From NCBI RefSeq assembly GCF_001545095.1, contig NZ_CP013213.1, positions 900,001-932,000 of the forward strand: a DNA stretch of 32,000 nt. The letters run 5' to 3'. Position numbers and translations under genes: made by a program. Below, in pieces: positions 8,521 through 16,031 of the stretch (its first letter is position 1; each line of letters begins with the position of its first letter). The notes under the pieces were generated by a model. It did no database searches and had not been told where the DNA came from. It saw nothing but the letters and a program-made list of their open reading frames with translations. The DNA is from Erysipelothrix larvae. Lineage in GTDB: Bacteria; Bacillota_I; Bacilli_A; Erysipelotrichales; Erysipelotrichaceae.

Positions 8521-10260
8521 ATGAAACGAACACATCATAATGGAACCCTTAGAATGGAACATGTTGGACAACGTGTCGAACTTGTAGGGTGGGTATCAAA
8601 ACGCAGAAACTTTGGATCAATTGTCTTTATTGATTTGCGCGATCGCAGTGGTTTAGTCCAATTGGTTATCAATCAAGAAGAATTTCCACGTGTCGACAAG
8701 ATTCGCAGTGAATATGTATTAAGTATTTCTGGAATCGTGAATGAACGTAAAGATAAGAATCCAAAACTTCCTACAGGTGATGTTGAGATTGTAGTTGATG
8801 GACTTGAAATCATCAACGAAGCACAACAAACTCCGATGATTATTGCGGACGAAACGGATGCACTTGAAGATACACGACTTAAATATCGCTATCTTGACCT
8901 TCGTCGTCCAATTATGCAAGATCGTTTGATCAAACGGTCAAAGATTACCGGACAAATGCGTCGTACCTTAGAGGATTTAGGATTCTTAGAAATCGAAACA
9001 CCCATGCTTACGAAATCAACACCTGAAGGAGCACGCGAATACTTAGTGCCATCACGCGTTCATAAAGGTGAATTCTATGCTTTAGCACAATCTCCACAAA
9101 TCTTCAAACAATTACTGATGATTGGTGGCTTAGAACGGTATTATCAAATTGCACGATGCTTCCGTGATGAGGACTTAAGAGCAGACCGTCAACTCGACTT
9201 TACCCAAGTGGATATCGAAGCATCATTTTTAAGTCAAGATGAGTTTATGGCAATTATTGAACAGGTTGCATCCGATGTTATGGTTCATGTCCTTGGTCAT
9301 GAAAAACCAGAGTTTCCACGCATTTCATTCTATGATGCTTTAAATGTTTATGGCAGTGATAAACCGGATCTTCGTTTTGAATTACACCTCAGTGATGTTA
9401 ATGGTGTATTCAAAGACAGTGAATTTAAAGTCTTCCAAGACACATTAACACAGGGCGGTGCATTGCGTGCACTTGTGCTTTCTGGAAACCATGCAGATAC
9501 AATTACCCGTAAAGTGAGTGATAAGTATACCGATCTTGTCAAGAAAAATGGCATGAAAGGATTGGTTGTCTTAAAAGCCCAACAAGACACACTATCTGGA
9601 AGTGCAGCGAAGTTCTTATCAGAAACTGAAATAAAAGCACTTTACCAAACCCTTAACTTACAAGAAAACGACGTGCTCTTTATTGGAAGCGGTGAATGGG
9701 AGCAAACCTGTACTGCAATGGGTGCACTTCGACTTCAATTGGCAAAAGATTTTGACTTAATTCCAGAAAATACATTTAAGTATGCATGGATTGTAGACTT
9801 CCCAATGTTTGAACTGGGTGAAGAAGGGGAAATCATTGCCCGTCACCATCCATTTACCTCACCAAAACGTGAAGACATTGAGCTCTTGGATTCAGATCCA
9901 CTTAAAGTTACAGCACAAGCCTATGACTTATCACTCAATGGATTTGAAGTTGCAGGCGGTTCGATGCGTATTTATGATCAAACCCTTCAAGCGAAAATGT
10001 TCAATATTATCGGATTTAGTAATGAAGATATTGAAAGTCGCTTTGGATTCTTTGTGGATGCCTTTAAATATGGTACACCACCACATGGTGGTATTGCCTT
10101 TGGGCTAGATCGCTATGCGATGGCATTAACAGAGTCTGATTCAATTCGCGATGTTATTGCCTTTCCAAAAAATGCATCGGCTCGGTGTCCATTAACCAAT
10201 GCACCTGCCCCTGCAACAGAAAAACAACTCAAAGAATTACATATTGAGATTGAAGACTAA
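8521..10260 (+). CDS. aspS: aspartyl-tRNA synthetase
   Basis: 579 aa. OB-fold N-terminus (GWVSKRRNFGSIVFIDLRD), QSPQIFKQLLM, FRDEDLRADRQLDFTQVD and GGIAFGLDR motifs. Starts 1 nt after the hisS stop. Confidence 0.95.
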   Translation: MKRTHHNGTLRMEHVGQRVELVGWVSKRRNFGSIVFIDLRDRSGLVQLVINQEEFPRVDKIRSEYVLSISGIVNERKDKNPKLPTGDVEIVVDGLEIINEAQQTPMIIADETDALEDTRLKYRYLDLRRPIMQDRLIKRSKITGQMRRTLEDLGFLEIETPMLTKSTPEGAREYLVPSRVHKGEFYALAQSPQIFKQLLMIGGLERYYQIARCFRDEDLRADRQLDFTQVDIEASFLSQDEFMAIIEQVASDVMVHVLGHEKPEFPRISFYDALNVYGSDKPDLRFELHLSDVNGVFKDSEFKVFQDTLTQGGALRALVLSGNHADTITRKVSDKYTDLVKKNGMKGLVVLKAQQDTLSGSAAKFLSETEIKALYQTLNLQENDVLFIGSGEWEQTCTAMGALRLQLAKDFDLIPENTFKYAWIVDFPMFELGEEGEIIARHHPFTSPKREDIELLDSDPLKVTAQAYDLSLNGFEVAGGSMRIYDQTLQAKMFNIIGFSNEDIESRFGFFVDAFKYGTPPHGGIAFGLDRYAMALTESDSIRDVIAFPKNASARCPLTNAPAPATEKQLKELHIEIED

Positions 10261-10375
10261 GTTGTATAAAAAAGGTATGCCATGGGTGAATCAAACCCCC
10301 ATAGTGTTTTCTTATCAAATGACACTTATAAAAAATGGGACACACGCTTACTACAGTAAACGGGTGTCCAATTTG

Positions 10376-10383
10376 ATTCAATT
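10376..10383. repeat. 8-bp target-site duplication, left copy (ATTCAATT)
   Basis: ATTCAATT directly abuts the left IS end. The identical octamer abuts the right end at 13153-13160. Confidence 0.75.
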
Positions 10384-10397
10384 GTAAGCGTCTAATA
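10384..10397. repeat. IS66-type terminal inverted repeat (left end in window)
   Basis: GTAAGCGTCTAATA. IS66-family ends characteristically begin GTAAGCG. Confidence 0.8.
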
Positions 10398-10474
10398 CAA
10401 TACATATGGAAAACACCTCGTGCTGTATGGGATAATTAACCCAATTAGTATGAGGTGTTTGTTGTTTCTATGAT

Positions 10475-10774
10475 TTACTTGTTCTTTGCATAAACTTGTT
10501 TTGGCAGTTCCTTTGAGTAAGGCAACAAGCGCTGGAGTGATTCATGCCGTGTTGATTTAGGCATAAGTATCATTTCGTCAAGAATATATTCAAAGTATGA
10601 TTGAATATCAAGATTGTTCAGCTTTGCAGTTTCTACGATGCTATAGTAGATTGAACTCATTTGTGCTCCATTTTTCGTCTTTGAGAATAAAAAGTTCTTC
10701 CGTCCGATTACAAATGGTTTAATTGCACGTTCTGCTCGTTATGCCGACAATTCCAATATGCCGATAGTTGAGGG
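10475..10774 (-). pseudogene. IS66-family transposase (TnpC), C-terminal remnant
   Basis: The minus-strand translation RAERAIKPFVIGRKNFLFSKTKNGAQMSSIYYSIVETAKLNNL...LLPYSKELP matches the conserved IS66 transposase C-terminus. About 87 codons are uninterrupted (10475-10738). Similarity continues upstream (GILELSA) across an in-frame TAA at 10739-10741 up to a second TAA at 10775-10777. The N-terminal roughly 400 codons are absent. Confidence 0.7.
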
Positions 10775-10935
10775 TTAATATGACTGTTTAGTCTTTCTTT
10801 CCACCCTAACTAAACCAATTTCGGATGAAAATCGTGCGCAAACCATATGTAAGTCCAATAAACAGTCCATATTTTAAGTGTTTGTAAGCGCACTGTGCAA
10901 ATGCAGATTATAAAAATAAAAAGCTTAGAAAGGGT

Positions 10936-10957
10936 AAAAAACATCGAAAAAACATCG
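10936..10957. repeat. perfect tandem 11-bp repeat AAAAAACATCG x2 upstream of the cargo gene
   Basis: Read directly at 10936-10946 and 10947-10957. It lies about 30 bp upstream of an extended -10 (TGATATAAT, 10983-10991). Confidence 0.85.
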
Positions 10958-10982
10958 ATCGTCACATTTTCATAAAAATTTT

Positions 10983-10991
10983 TGATATAAT
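10983..10991 (+). promoter_or_regulatory. candidate extended -10 promoter element for 11027..11853
   Basis: TGaTATAAT. No good -35 hexamer. Positioned 36 nt before the ATG at 11027. Confidence 0.35.
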
Positions 10992-11026
10992 TCTCATAAT
11001 CTCAATTAATGAGTGAAGGGGGAAAA

Positions 11027-11590
11027 ATGAAAAAAATAAGTAAGCTTGTGACATTTTCAATCTTATCACTGATGATAGGAACTACAAGCATTACAAACGC
11101 ATTAGCAGATTATGAAGAAGAAAAACAGAATGATTCAACAGTAGTTGAAACTGTTTTCACTGAAAATTTATTTGTGACTCAAGAAGAAATGGATCAAATT
11201 AATTTGATTCTTAAAGACGGATTTTCAAAAAACTCTGAATCTTCAGCATCTAACTTATATTCAGTTGCAAGAGCATACGGAGACAAGTGGGATTATTCAC
11301 CTTTTACTTCCGTTAGTTATGGCTCTTTTAATTCAGATACTGAATCATCATTAGCTGTAGAAGTAGCCACTATAGGGTTTGTGCCACTTGCTGGAGCGAC
11401 ATCTATTGCAAATGTAATATTTCAACAACATACTTCCGGGGATAATCTTTGGTATAACGTTAAAAGAACACAATCAAGAGTTAATGGGGTTACAAAAGTT
11501 CAAATGGTTTTTGATATCAATAGAAATTCAAGTAGAACAATTCATCTATATCGGTTTACTTTCAATAGATCATACACGATTTTGGATTAG
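11027..11590 (+). CDS. secreted protein of unknown function
   Basis: ATG at 11027 with RBS GAAGGGGG. Signal peptide MKKISKLVTFSILSLMIGTTSITNALA followed by an acidic region. The mature protein is about 160 aa with no recognisable family. Confidence 0.6.
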   Translation: MKKISKLVTFSILSLMIGTTSITNALADYEEEKQNDSTVVETVFTENLFVTQEEMDQINLILKDGFSKNSESSASNLYSVARAYGDKWDYSPFTSVSYGSFNSDTESSLAVEVATIGFVPLAGATSIANVIFQQHTSGDNLWYNVKRTQSRVNGVTKVQMVFDINRNSSRTIHLYRFTFNRSYTILD

Positions 11591-11595
11591 TCATC

Positions 11596-11853
11596 ATGAT
11601 GAGAACAATATGGTCGTATTTTATTCTCCTTTTAGGATATATAAACACAATAATTCTACAGCAAAAGCCAATTCTCTTTAATCTTTTTATTTTTGCTTGG
11701 CTATTATATAATTTAATATCTGGTAAACTAAAAGAGAAAAAGGAGGGGCATGAAATTAGATGGATTCTGGATAAAAGTTCTATACCATTTGTTTTGTTTG
11801 TGATTCTAATTTTAATACAGATAATCTTTATTCCTTATGATTTTAGGTGGTAA
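11596..11853 (+). CDS. small membrane protein, about 3 predicted TM helices, unknown function
   Basis: 85 aa starting 5 nt after the previous stop. Hydrophobic segments IWSYFILLLGYINTIIL, ILFNLFIFAWLLYNLI and IPFVLFVILILIQIIFI. The RBS is weak, so translation is uncertain. Confidence 0.4.
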   Translation: MMRTIWSYFILLLGYINTIILQQKPILFNLFIFAWLLYNLISGKLKEKKEGHEIRWILDKSSIPFVLFVILILIQIIFIPYDFRW

Positions 11854-11947
11854 ATTTTACATTTTTTGATAATATCGCAAGTGTAGAACTAACCCCATTT
11901 TTCTTTGAAGATTCAATTAGGGATTTCGTTACATATACACCGAGTAG

Positions 11948-12962
11948 TTGTGTTGCGGGTCAAAACCACAGGTAAAGTTTTATATCCCCAAAAACAAGAA
12001 TTCTCTGTTGAGTACTCTTGTTTTTTTTAGTATGACGGGCATGTCATATATCTTGGGTGATAGTCCCAAGGAACGTATCTATCGCGAATCCGATAGCGAC
12101 TTGCAAGTTTTACATCGTGAGGTGTGGGAGAGAGGAAGCAATCGCGAAATCGTGGCTTGACGGACAGAAACTAGGTACAAGGCTTTTTGAACGGGTAAGT
12201 TAGCCAAAGGTAACAAAGCCCAAAAGATAGACGTAAGTTCAAGGTGCAAACCTAGCTAGTAAACAAGACAAAGATATATGACTTATCCCATGAGGTCTCA
12301 CGAACGAATAAGTACGAGCACTTTATAATCAGCAATCGTTAAGGTTGGTTTTAAAACGGTTTATCTGAGAAGTCAGCCGAAGTCAAAGTAGGTATCGCCT
12401 TGATAAAAAAAGGACTAAACAGTAAATCGTGCAACAATAAAGATGCTGTCTCTAGTGGATATTTGATATCGGAAATAGTGGGAACGTATTTCCACGAAAA
12501 CTAAAATAAAATATAAAATGAACCAATGGAGAGCAAAATAGAAAAGGAAGGAACAATGCATGTCAGAATTACTCGAAAGAGTCTTGGATAACAACAATCT
12601 CAACCAAGCGTACCTAAAGGTAAAAGCAAACAAGGGGGTGGGAGGTGTTGATGGTATGGATATGGACACACTCCTTGAGTATCTCAAGGAAAACGGTGAG
12701 TCCATCAAACAAAAACATCAGAGACCGCAAATACAAACCACAACCAGTATTGAGAGTTGAAATTCCAAAAGGCAACGGAAGCGTAAGGAAACTGGGAATA
12801 CCAACATTGGTAGACAAAAGTTATCCAACAAGCAATCGCCCAAATATTGACACAATATGCGAAGAGCACTATTCAAAAGTACAGTTATAGGTTTCGTCCA
12901 AACAGAAGTTGTGAAAAGGCAATACCAAGAGTATTAGAGCTGTTGAATGATGGACACGAATG
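11948..12962 (+). mobile_element. group II intron, 5' portion only (ribozyme domains I-III/IV plus the start of the intron-encoded protein)
   Basis: About 600 nt of ORF-free sequence with coding-like GC content precedes a reverse transcriptase/maturase reading frame, which is the standard bacterial group II layout. No domain V/VI or RT YADD region follows. The 5' boundary (GTGTTG near 11949) is approximate. Confidence 0.65.
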
Positions 12963-12966
12963 GATT
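12560..12966 (+). pseudogene. group II intron reverse transcriptase/maturase, frameshifted and 3'-truncated
   Basis: MSELLERVLDNNNLNQAYLKVKANKGVGGVDGMDMDTL continues in other frames as IRDRKYKPQPVLRVEIPKGNGSVRKLGIPTLVDK and then VIQQAIAQILT...YRFRPNRSCEKAI...LNDGHEW. These are typical RT motifs 0-2. The frame changes at the A runs at 12711-12715 and 12816-12819. The reading breaks off at 12963-12966. Confidence 0.8.
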
Positions 12967-13074
12967 CAATTTACCAGAGTCTTGAGCTATTGATGCATAT
13001 CCGTCGATCCCTTTTCTTAGATCTGTAGCACCATGGACGAGATACACCATTGGTATCTTCTCAAATTGTATCAT
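12958..13074 (-). pseudogene. IS66-family TnpB (Orf2), N-terminal 39 codons only
   Basis: The minus-strand translation MIQFEKIPMVYLVHGATDLRKGIDGYASIAQDSGKLNPF matches the conserved IS66 Orf2 N-terminus (xYLxxGxTDxRKxIDGLAxxVQ...DPF). RBS GAGGTG. The similarity ends where the intron RT fragment begins. Confidence 0.7.
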
Positions 13075-13138
13075 TAATAAACACCTCATTTTCTGGTTTA
13101 GTTATTCCAGATATAACGAGGTGTTTCTAGATGTGTCC

Positions 13139-13152
13139 TATTAGACGCTTAC
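13139..13152. repeat. IS66-type terminal inverted repeat (right end in window)
   Basis: TATTAGACGCTTAC is the exact reverse complement of 10384-10397. Confidence 0.8.
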
Positions 13153-13160
13153 ATTCAATT
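13153..13160. repeat. 8-bp target-site duplication, right copy (ATTCAATT)
   Basis: Identical to 10376-10383 and directly abuts the IS end. Confidence 0.75.
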
Positions 13161-13185
13161 GAGCATAGGGTGTAAGAATGAATGG

Positions 13186-14151
13186 TTATTCTTTTGTATT
13201 CACAATGTCATCGACAACACTCATCAGATGATACGAATCATCCCAAGACATAATGGGTGATTCCAAGAGGTTGTTATTGAGGCATTCATTGACTTCATAG
13301 ATTTGATATTCAAGACCATTTACAAGATGATCATAATGGTATTCAGTTACAATATCACCTTGAGTTAAGGTGATGGATGTTGCATTTGAAAATCGTGGAA
13401 CACGAATTGTTCCTTTTGGACCTACGATAATGTAATCTCTTGGAGAATCACAATCAATCGATGCAAATAGATGAATGTGAACATCATCAACCGATTTGAT
13501 TAAGACAGAAGTATCAAGATCGACGCCTGTTTCACCAAAGGTTTGAATGCTTTCAAACACTTTAGACTCTTTTCCAAAGAGATCGAAGGTATAGGCAAGG
13601 GGATAGACGCCCACATCCAATAGTGCCCCACCTCCCAATGATTGATCGAAGAGTCGATTTGTGGGATCAAAGGGTGGTTTAAACCCAAAGTCACCATAAA
13701 CTAAACGAGGGTCACCGATGGCGTGATCTGCAAGCAATTGCTTAACATGCCTTGTTGCAGGTAAGAACCGTGTTTTCATTGCTTCCATGTAGAAAGCCCG
13801 ATTATTCTTAGCGGCATTTAACACTTCTTTTAATTCATGGGTATTCAAGGTGCTTGGTTTTTCACACAACACTGCTTTTTTCGCATTCAAAGCTTTAATT
13901 GACCATTCTTTATGAAGATGGTTGGGTAATGCGATATAAAGTGCATCGAGGTCAGGGTGATTGAGTATGTCTTCATAGTTTCCATAACACGCATCGGGTT
14001 GCAACCCAAATTGTGATCCAAATAATTCTGATTTTTCTTTACTGCGCGATGCTACTGCGACTAATTCTCCATTATCAACACATTTGATTGCATGTGCAAA
14101 TTTTGTTGCGATGTGGCCAAGTCCGATAATGCCCCATTTAATATTCTTCAT
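13186..14151 (-). CDS. Gfo/Idh/MocA-family NAD(P)-dependent oxidoreductase
   Basis: N-terminal Rossmann motif KWGIIGLGHIATKF and the family EKP motif (VLCEKPSTLN). 321 aa. RBS AAAGGAG. Confidence 0.85.
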   Translation of the reverse strand: MKNIKWGIIGLGHIATKFAHAIKCVDNGELVAVASRSKEKSELFGSQFGLQPDACYGNYEDILNHPDLDALYIALPNHLHKEWSIKALNAKKAVLCEKPSTLNTHELKEVLNAAKNNRAFYMEAMKTRFLPATRHVKQLLADHAIGDPRLVYGDFGFKPPFDPTNRLFDQSLGGGALLDVGVYPLAYTFDLFGKESKVFESIQTFGETGVDLDTSVLIKSVDDVHIHLFASIDCDSPRDYIIVGPKGTIRVPRFSNATSITLTQGDIVTEYHYDHLVNGLEYQIYEVNECLNNNLLESPIMSWDDSYHLMSVVDDIVNTKE

Positions 14152-14177
14152 ATGGATGCTTCTCCTTTATTTTTATC

Positions 14178-14186
14178 ATTATACCA
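14178..14186 (-). promoter_or_regulatory. candidate extended -10 promoter for the oxidoreductase gene
   Basis: The minus strand reads TGGTATAAT about 27 nt upstream of the ATG and downstream of the terminator at 14229-14267. The oxidoreductase gene therefore seems to have its own promoter. Confidence 0.4.
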
Positions 14187-14228
14187 AAGAACCCTAGAAA
14201 ATATGATTCTTTGCACTCAAGAGCTCTC

Positions 14229-14267
14229 ATAAAAAACTCCGTATACTTGGTTATTGTATACGGAGTT
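14229..14267 (-). terminator. strong intrinsic terminator, minus-strand specific
   Basis: Perfect 12-bp stem AACTCCGTATAC / GTATACGGAGTT (14235-14267). It is followed on the minus strand by TTTTTT (A run 14231-14236 on plus). Confidence 0.8.
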
Positions 14268-14555
14268 CAACATCCTATCACTTTAATCAAAAAGTGATAT
14301 CGGTTGATTCCCTCATCGTGTCCTTTTTATCAGACCGATGTGAGGTTGAGAATATGAACGTGCACAACGCTATCCTGGATGATAACGATACTTACATCAG
14401 CATATCGAGTCCTAAAATGAATTAGAATTCATTTGATGAAGGAACATCGCTTGCAAACGTATTGATACTGTGCGATGTCATTATCCTCTGTATAAATATG
14501 ATAGCACACTCTGAAAGGGGGTTCAACGATACGACTATAGAAGGTATGCATGGAT

Positions 14556-14598
14556 ATAAAAAGACTCCGCATGCTTCTTCACAATTGCACACGGAGTC
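14556..14598 (-). terminator. internal terminator-like hairpin in the orphan minus-strand unit
   Basis: GACTCCG ... CGGAGTC stem (14563-14598) followed on the minus strand by TTTTT (14558-14562). There is no U tract on the plus strand. Confidence 0.4.
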
Positions 14599-14771
14599 CA
14601 TTGCTATAATCTGCTTTATTGTTAATGTAAAGCAGATTGACTCAGATGCAACACCTTTATGTGTTACATGAGTTTTAGAAAGGCGATAAATCACGTATCC
14701 TTCACTACCATAAGATCTCCTCAAAGCAATTACTTAACTTCGTGTCCACTTATCGACCTTTCTGTACTCTA

Positions 14772-14800
14772 ATCATAAACAATCTTGAAAGGGCTATCAA
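14772..14800 (-). promoter_or_regulatory. candidate sigma-A promoter, minus strand
   Basis: The minus strand reads TTGATA (14800-14795), a 17-nt spacer, then TATGAT (14777-14772). Confidence 0.45.
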
Positions 14801-14941
14801 CTCATATGCTCAAAGATTTGATTTATGGATCGTTTATTTCGTACAACCAGTTCATTTATTCATGATCAAATAAATGGATTGCAGTAATATTTAGAGATAC
14901 TTCTAAGGGGTTCAAAGTTTATTGTCCATTGTGTTTTAGGG

Positions 14942-14970
14942 TTGTTTATTAGTGCTAAGTATGATATTAT
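14942..14970 (+). promoter_or_regulatory. candidate rpsB-tsf promoter
   Basis: TTGTTT (14942-14947), a 17-nt spacer, then the extended -10 TGaTATTAT (14962-14970). This leaves a leader of about 105 nt before rpsB. Confidence 0.5.
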
Positions 14971-15080
14971 ACCTACGGCACTAAAATGCTAGTTCACACA
15001 CTATGGATTCATCGATCCGTGCTCACAAGAGTTATCGATGTTAGAAGTAGTGGAGGCGAAACGGAAAGGTAGGAATTTTT

Positions 15081-16028
15081 ATGTCATTAGTAACAATGAA
15101 GAAGTTACTTGAAAGCGGGGTACATTACGGACACCAAACACGCCGTTGGAACCCTAAGATGAAGCCATATATTTATGCGGCTAAAAATCGTGTTTACATC
15201 ATCGACTTAAACAAAACAGTTGATGCTTTAGAGGTTGCTTACACAGCACTACGCAAGATTGCGGAAAACAATGGTAAATTGTTAATTGTTGGTACAAAGA
15301 AACAAGCTCAAACAATCGTTGTTGAAGAAGCACTACGCAGTGGTTCATTCTTCGTTAACCAACGTTGGTTAGGTGGTACATTAACAAACTTCCGTACAAT
15401 CCAAAAGAGTATCCGTCGTTTGATTGAAATCGAAGAGATGGAAAACAGTGGCGCAATCAATGTTTATACAAAGAAAGAAATTGCACTATTACTAAAAGAA
15501 AAGAACCGCTTGGAAAACTTCCTTGGTGGTATCAAAGAAATGAAGAAACTTCCAGATGCTGTATTTGTTGTGGATCCAATTGAAGACCGTAACGCAGTAT
15601 TAGAAGCTCAAAAACTTGGTATCCCTGTATTTGGTATCGTAGATACAAACTGTGATCCAGATGTAGTTGACTATGCAATCCCTGCAAATGATGATGCAGT
15701 ACGTTCAATTCGCGTGATCATTCAATTAATGGCGGATGCTATGGTTGAACCTAAGGGTGGCGTATTAGCTGTTGCTTATCAAGATCAAGATGGTGAAGAT
15801 ATCTCAATGGAAGATGTAATCATCAACGTTGAACAACAAGCTGCTGAAAGCGAACGTCGTCGTCGTCAACGTCAAGAAGAACGTCGTCGTCGTGATGATC
15901 GTCGTCGTCAACAACGTGGACCACGTCGTGATGACCGTGATGATAACAGACGTCCAGCACGTGAAGCATCAGAAAACAAAGAAGTAAAAGAAACTAAAAG
16001 TACAACAGAAACGAAAGGTGGAGAATAA
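15081..16028 (+). CDS. rpsB: 30S ribosomal protein bS2 with a long charged C-terminal extension
   Basis: The N-terminus [19 protein letters not shown] and [10 protein letters not shown] are diagnostic. The last 60 aa are an Arg/Asp/Glu-rich tail. Confidence 0.95.
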   Translation: MSLVTMKKLLESGVHYGHQTRRWNPKMKPYIYAAKNRVYIIDLNKTVDALEVAYTALRKIAENNGKLLIVGTKKQAQTIVVEEALRSGSFFVNQRWLGGTLTNFRTIQKSIRRLIEIEEMENSGAINVYTKKEIALLLKEKNRLENFLGGIKEMKKLPDAVFVVDPIEDRNAVLEAQKLGIPVFGIVDTNCDPDVVDYAIPANDDAVRSIRVIIQLMADAMVEPKGGVLAVAYQDQDGEDISMEDVIINVEQQAAESERRRRQRQEERRRRDDRRRQQRGPRRDDRDDNRRPAREASENKEVKETKSTTETKGGE

Positions 16029-16031
16029 TTC

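Larger units (their letters stand above)
10384..13152 (-). mobile_element. IS66-family element shell: intact ends, degraded and replaced interior
   Basis: GTAAGCGTCTAATA at 10384-10397 and its exact reverse complement at 13139-13152. Similar subterminal hairpins AAACACCTC...GAGGTGTTT lie at both ends. Flanking 8-bp direct repeat. A tnpB N-terminal fragment sits at the right end and a tnpC C-terminal fragment at the left end, both on the minus strand. Confidence 0.75.
14229..14765 (-). ncRNA. candidate structured non-coding transcript(s), family unassigned
   Basis: Bounded by a minus-strand sigma-A-like promoter (14772-14800) and the terminator at 14229-14267, with an internal terminator-like hairpin at 14556-14598. 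GC content is coding-like but there is no ORF with a credible start or RBS. It contains several strong helices (detailed in the findings). Confidence 0.3.

Noticed and set aside
10884-10906. A second GTAAGCG motif (GTAAGCGCACTGTGCAAATGCAG), exactly 500 bp inside the left IS end. It could be the end of a nested second IS66-like element.
   Set aside because: Only the 7-mer matches. There is no partner inverted repeat, no flanking duplication and no transposase genes downstream. It may mark the internal recombination joint, but I cannot support it as an IS end.
11911-11918. Extra copies of the target-duplication octamer ATTCAATT at 11911-11918 and at 12964-12971. The latter lies right at the intron/tnpB joint.
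   Set aside because: This is a short AT-rich octamer in AT-rich DNA. At 12964 it is explained by the tnpB codons (GKLNP on the minus strand). I could not evaluate its significance without counting occurrences genome-wide.
11948-12708. ORFs 11948-12160 (plus) and 12415-12708 (minus) within the intron RNA region.
   Set aside because: They lie in the ribozyme part of the group II intron fragment, with no RBS and no protein-like features.
14189-14197. The minus strand reads CTAGGGTTC, reminiscent of the guanidine-I (ykkC) riboswitch core.
   Set aside because: None of the other conserved ykkC segments follow. The sequence sits in the spacer of the oxidoreductase promoter.
14229-14267. The hairpin AACTCCGTATAC...GTATACGGAGTT shares CCGUAU/UACGG with group II intron domain V.
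   Set aside because: The stem is perfect, with no 2-nt bulge and no AGC catalytic triad, and it is followed by U6. This is an ordinary intrinsic terminator.
14422-14724. 100-aa minus-strand ORF (and the 69-aa plus-strand ORF 14462-14671) inside the orphan locus.
   Set aside because: TTG start without an RBS, Cys-rich non-protein-like composition and no recognisable family. The internal ATG at the 5' arm of the 14563-14598 hairpin also lacks an RBS. I treat the region as non-coding, though a micro-ORF cannot be excluded.
14977-15080. The rpsB 5' leader of about 105 nt contains small hairpins (GGAT..ATCC, ATCGAT..ATCGAT) and an upstream SD-like GGAGG. It might be an S2-autoregulatory leader.
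   Set aside because: The known rpsB leader motif is defined for Gammaproteobacteria. I see no conserved signature here and the hairpins are weak.
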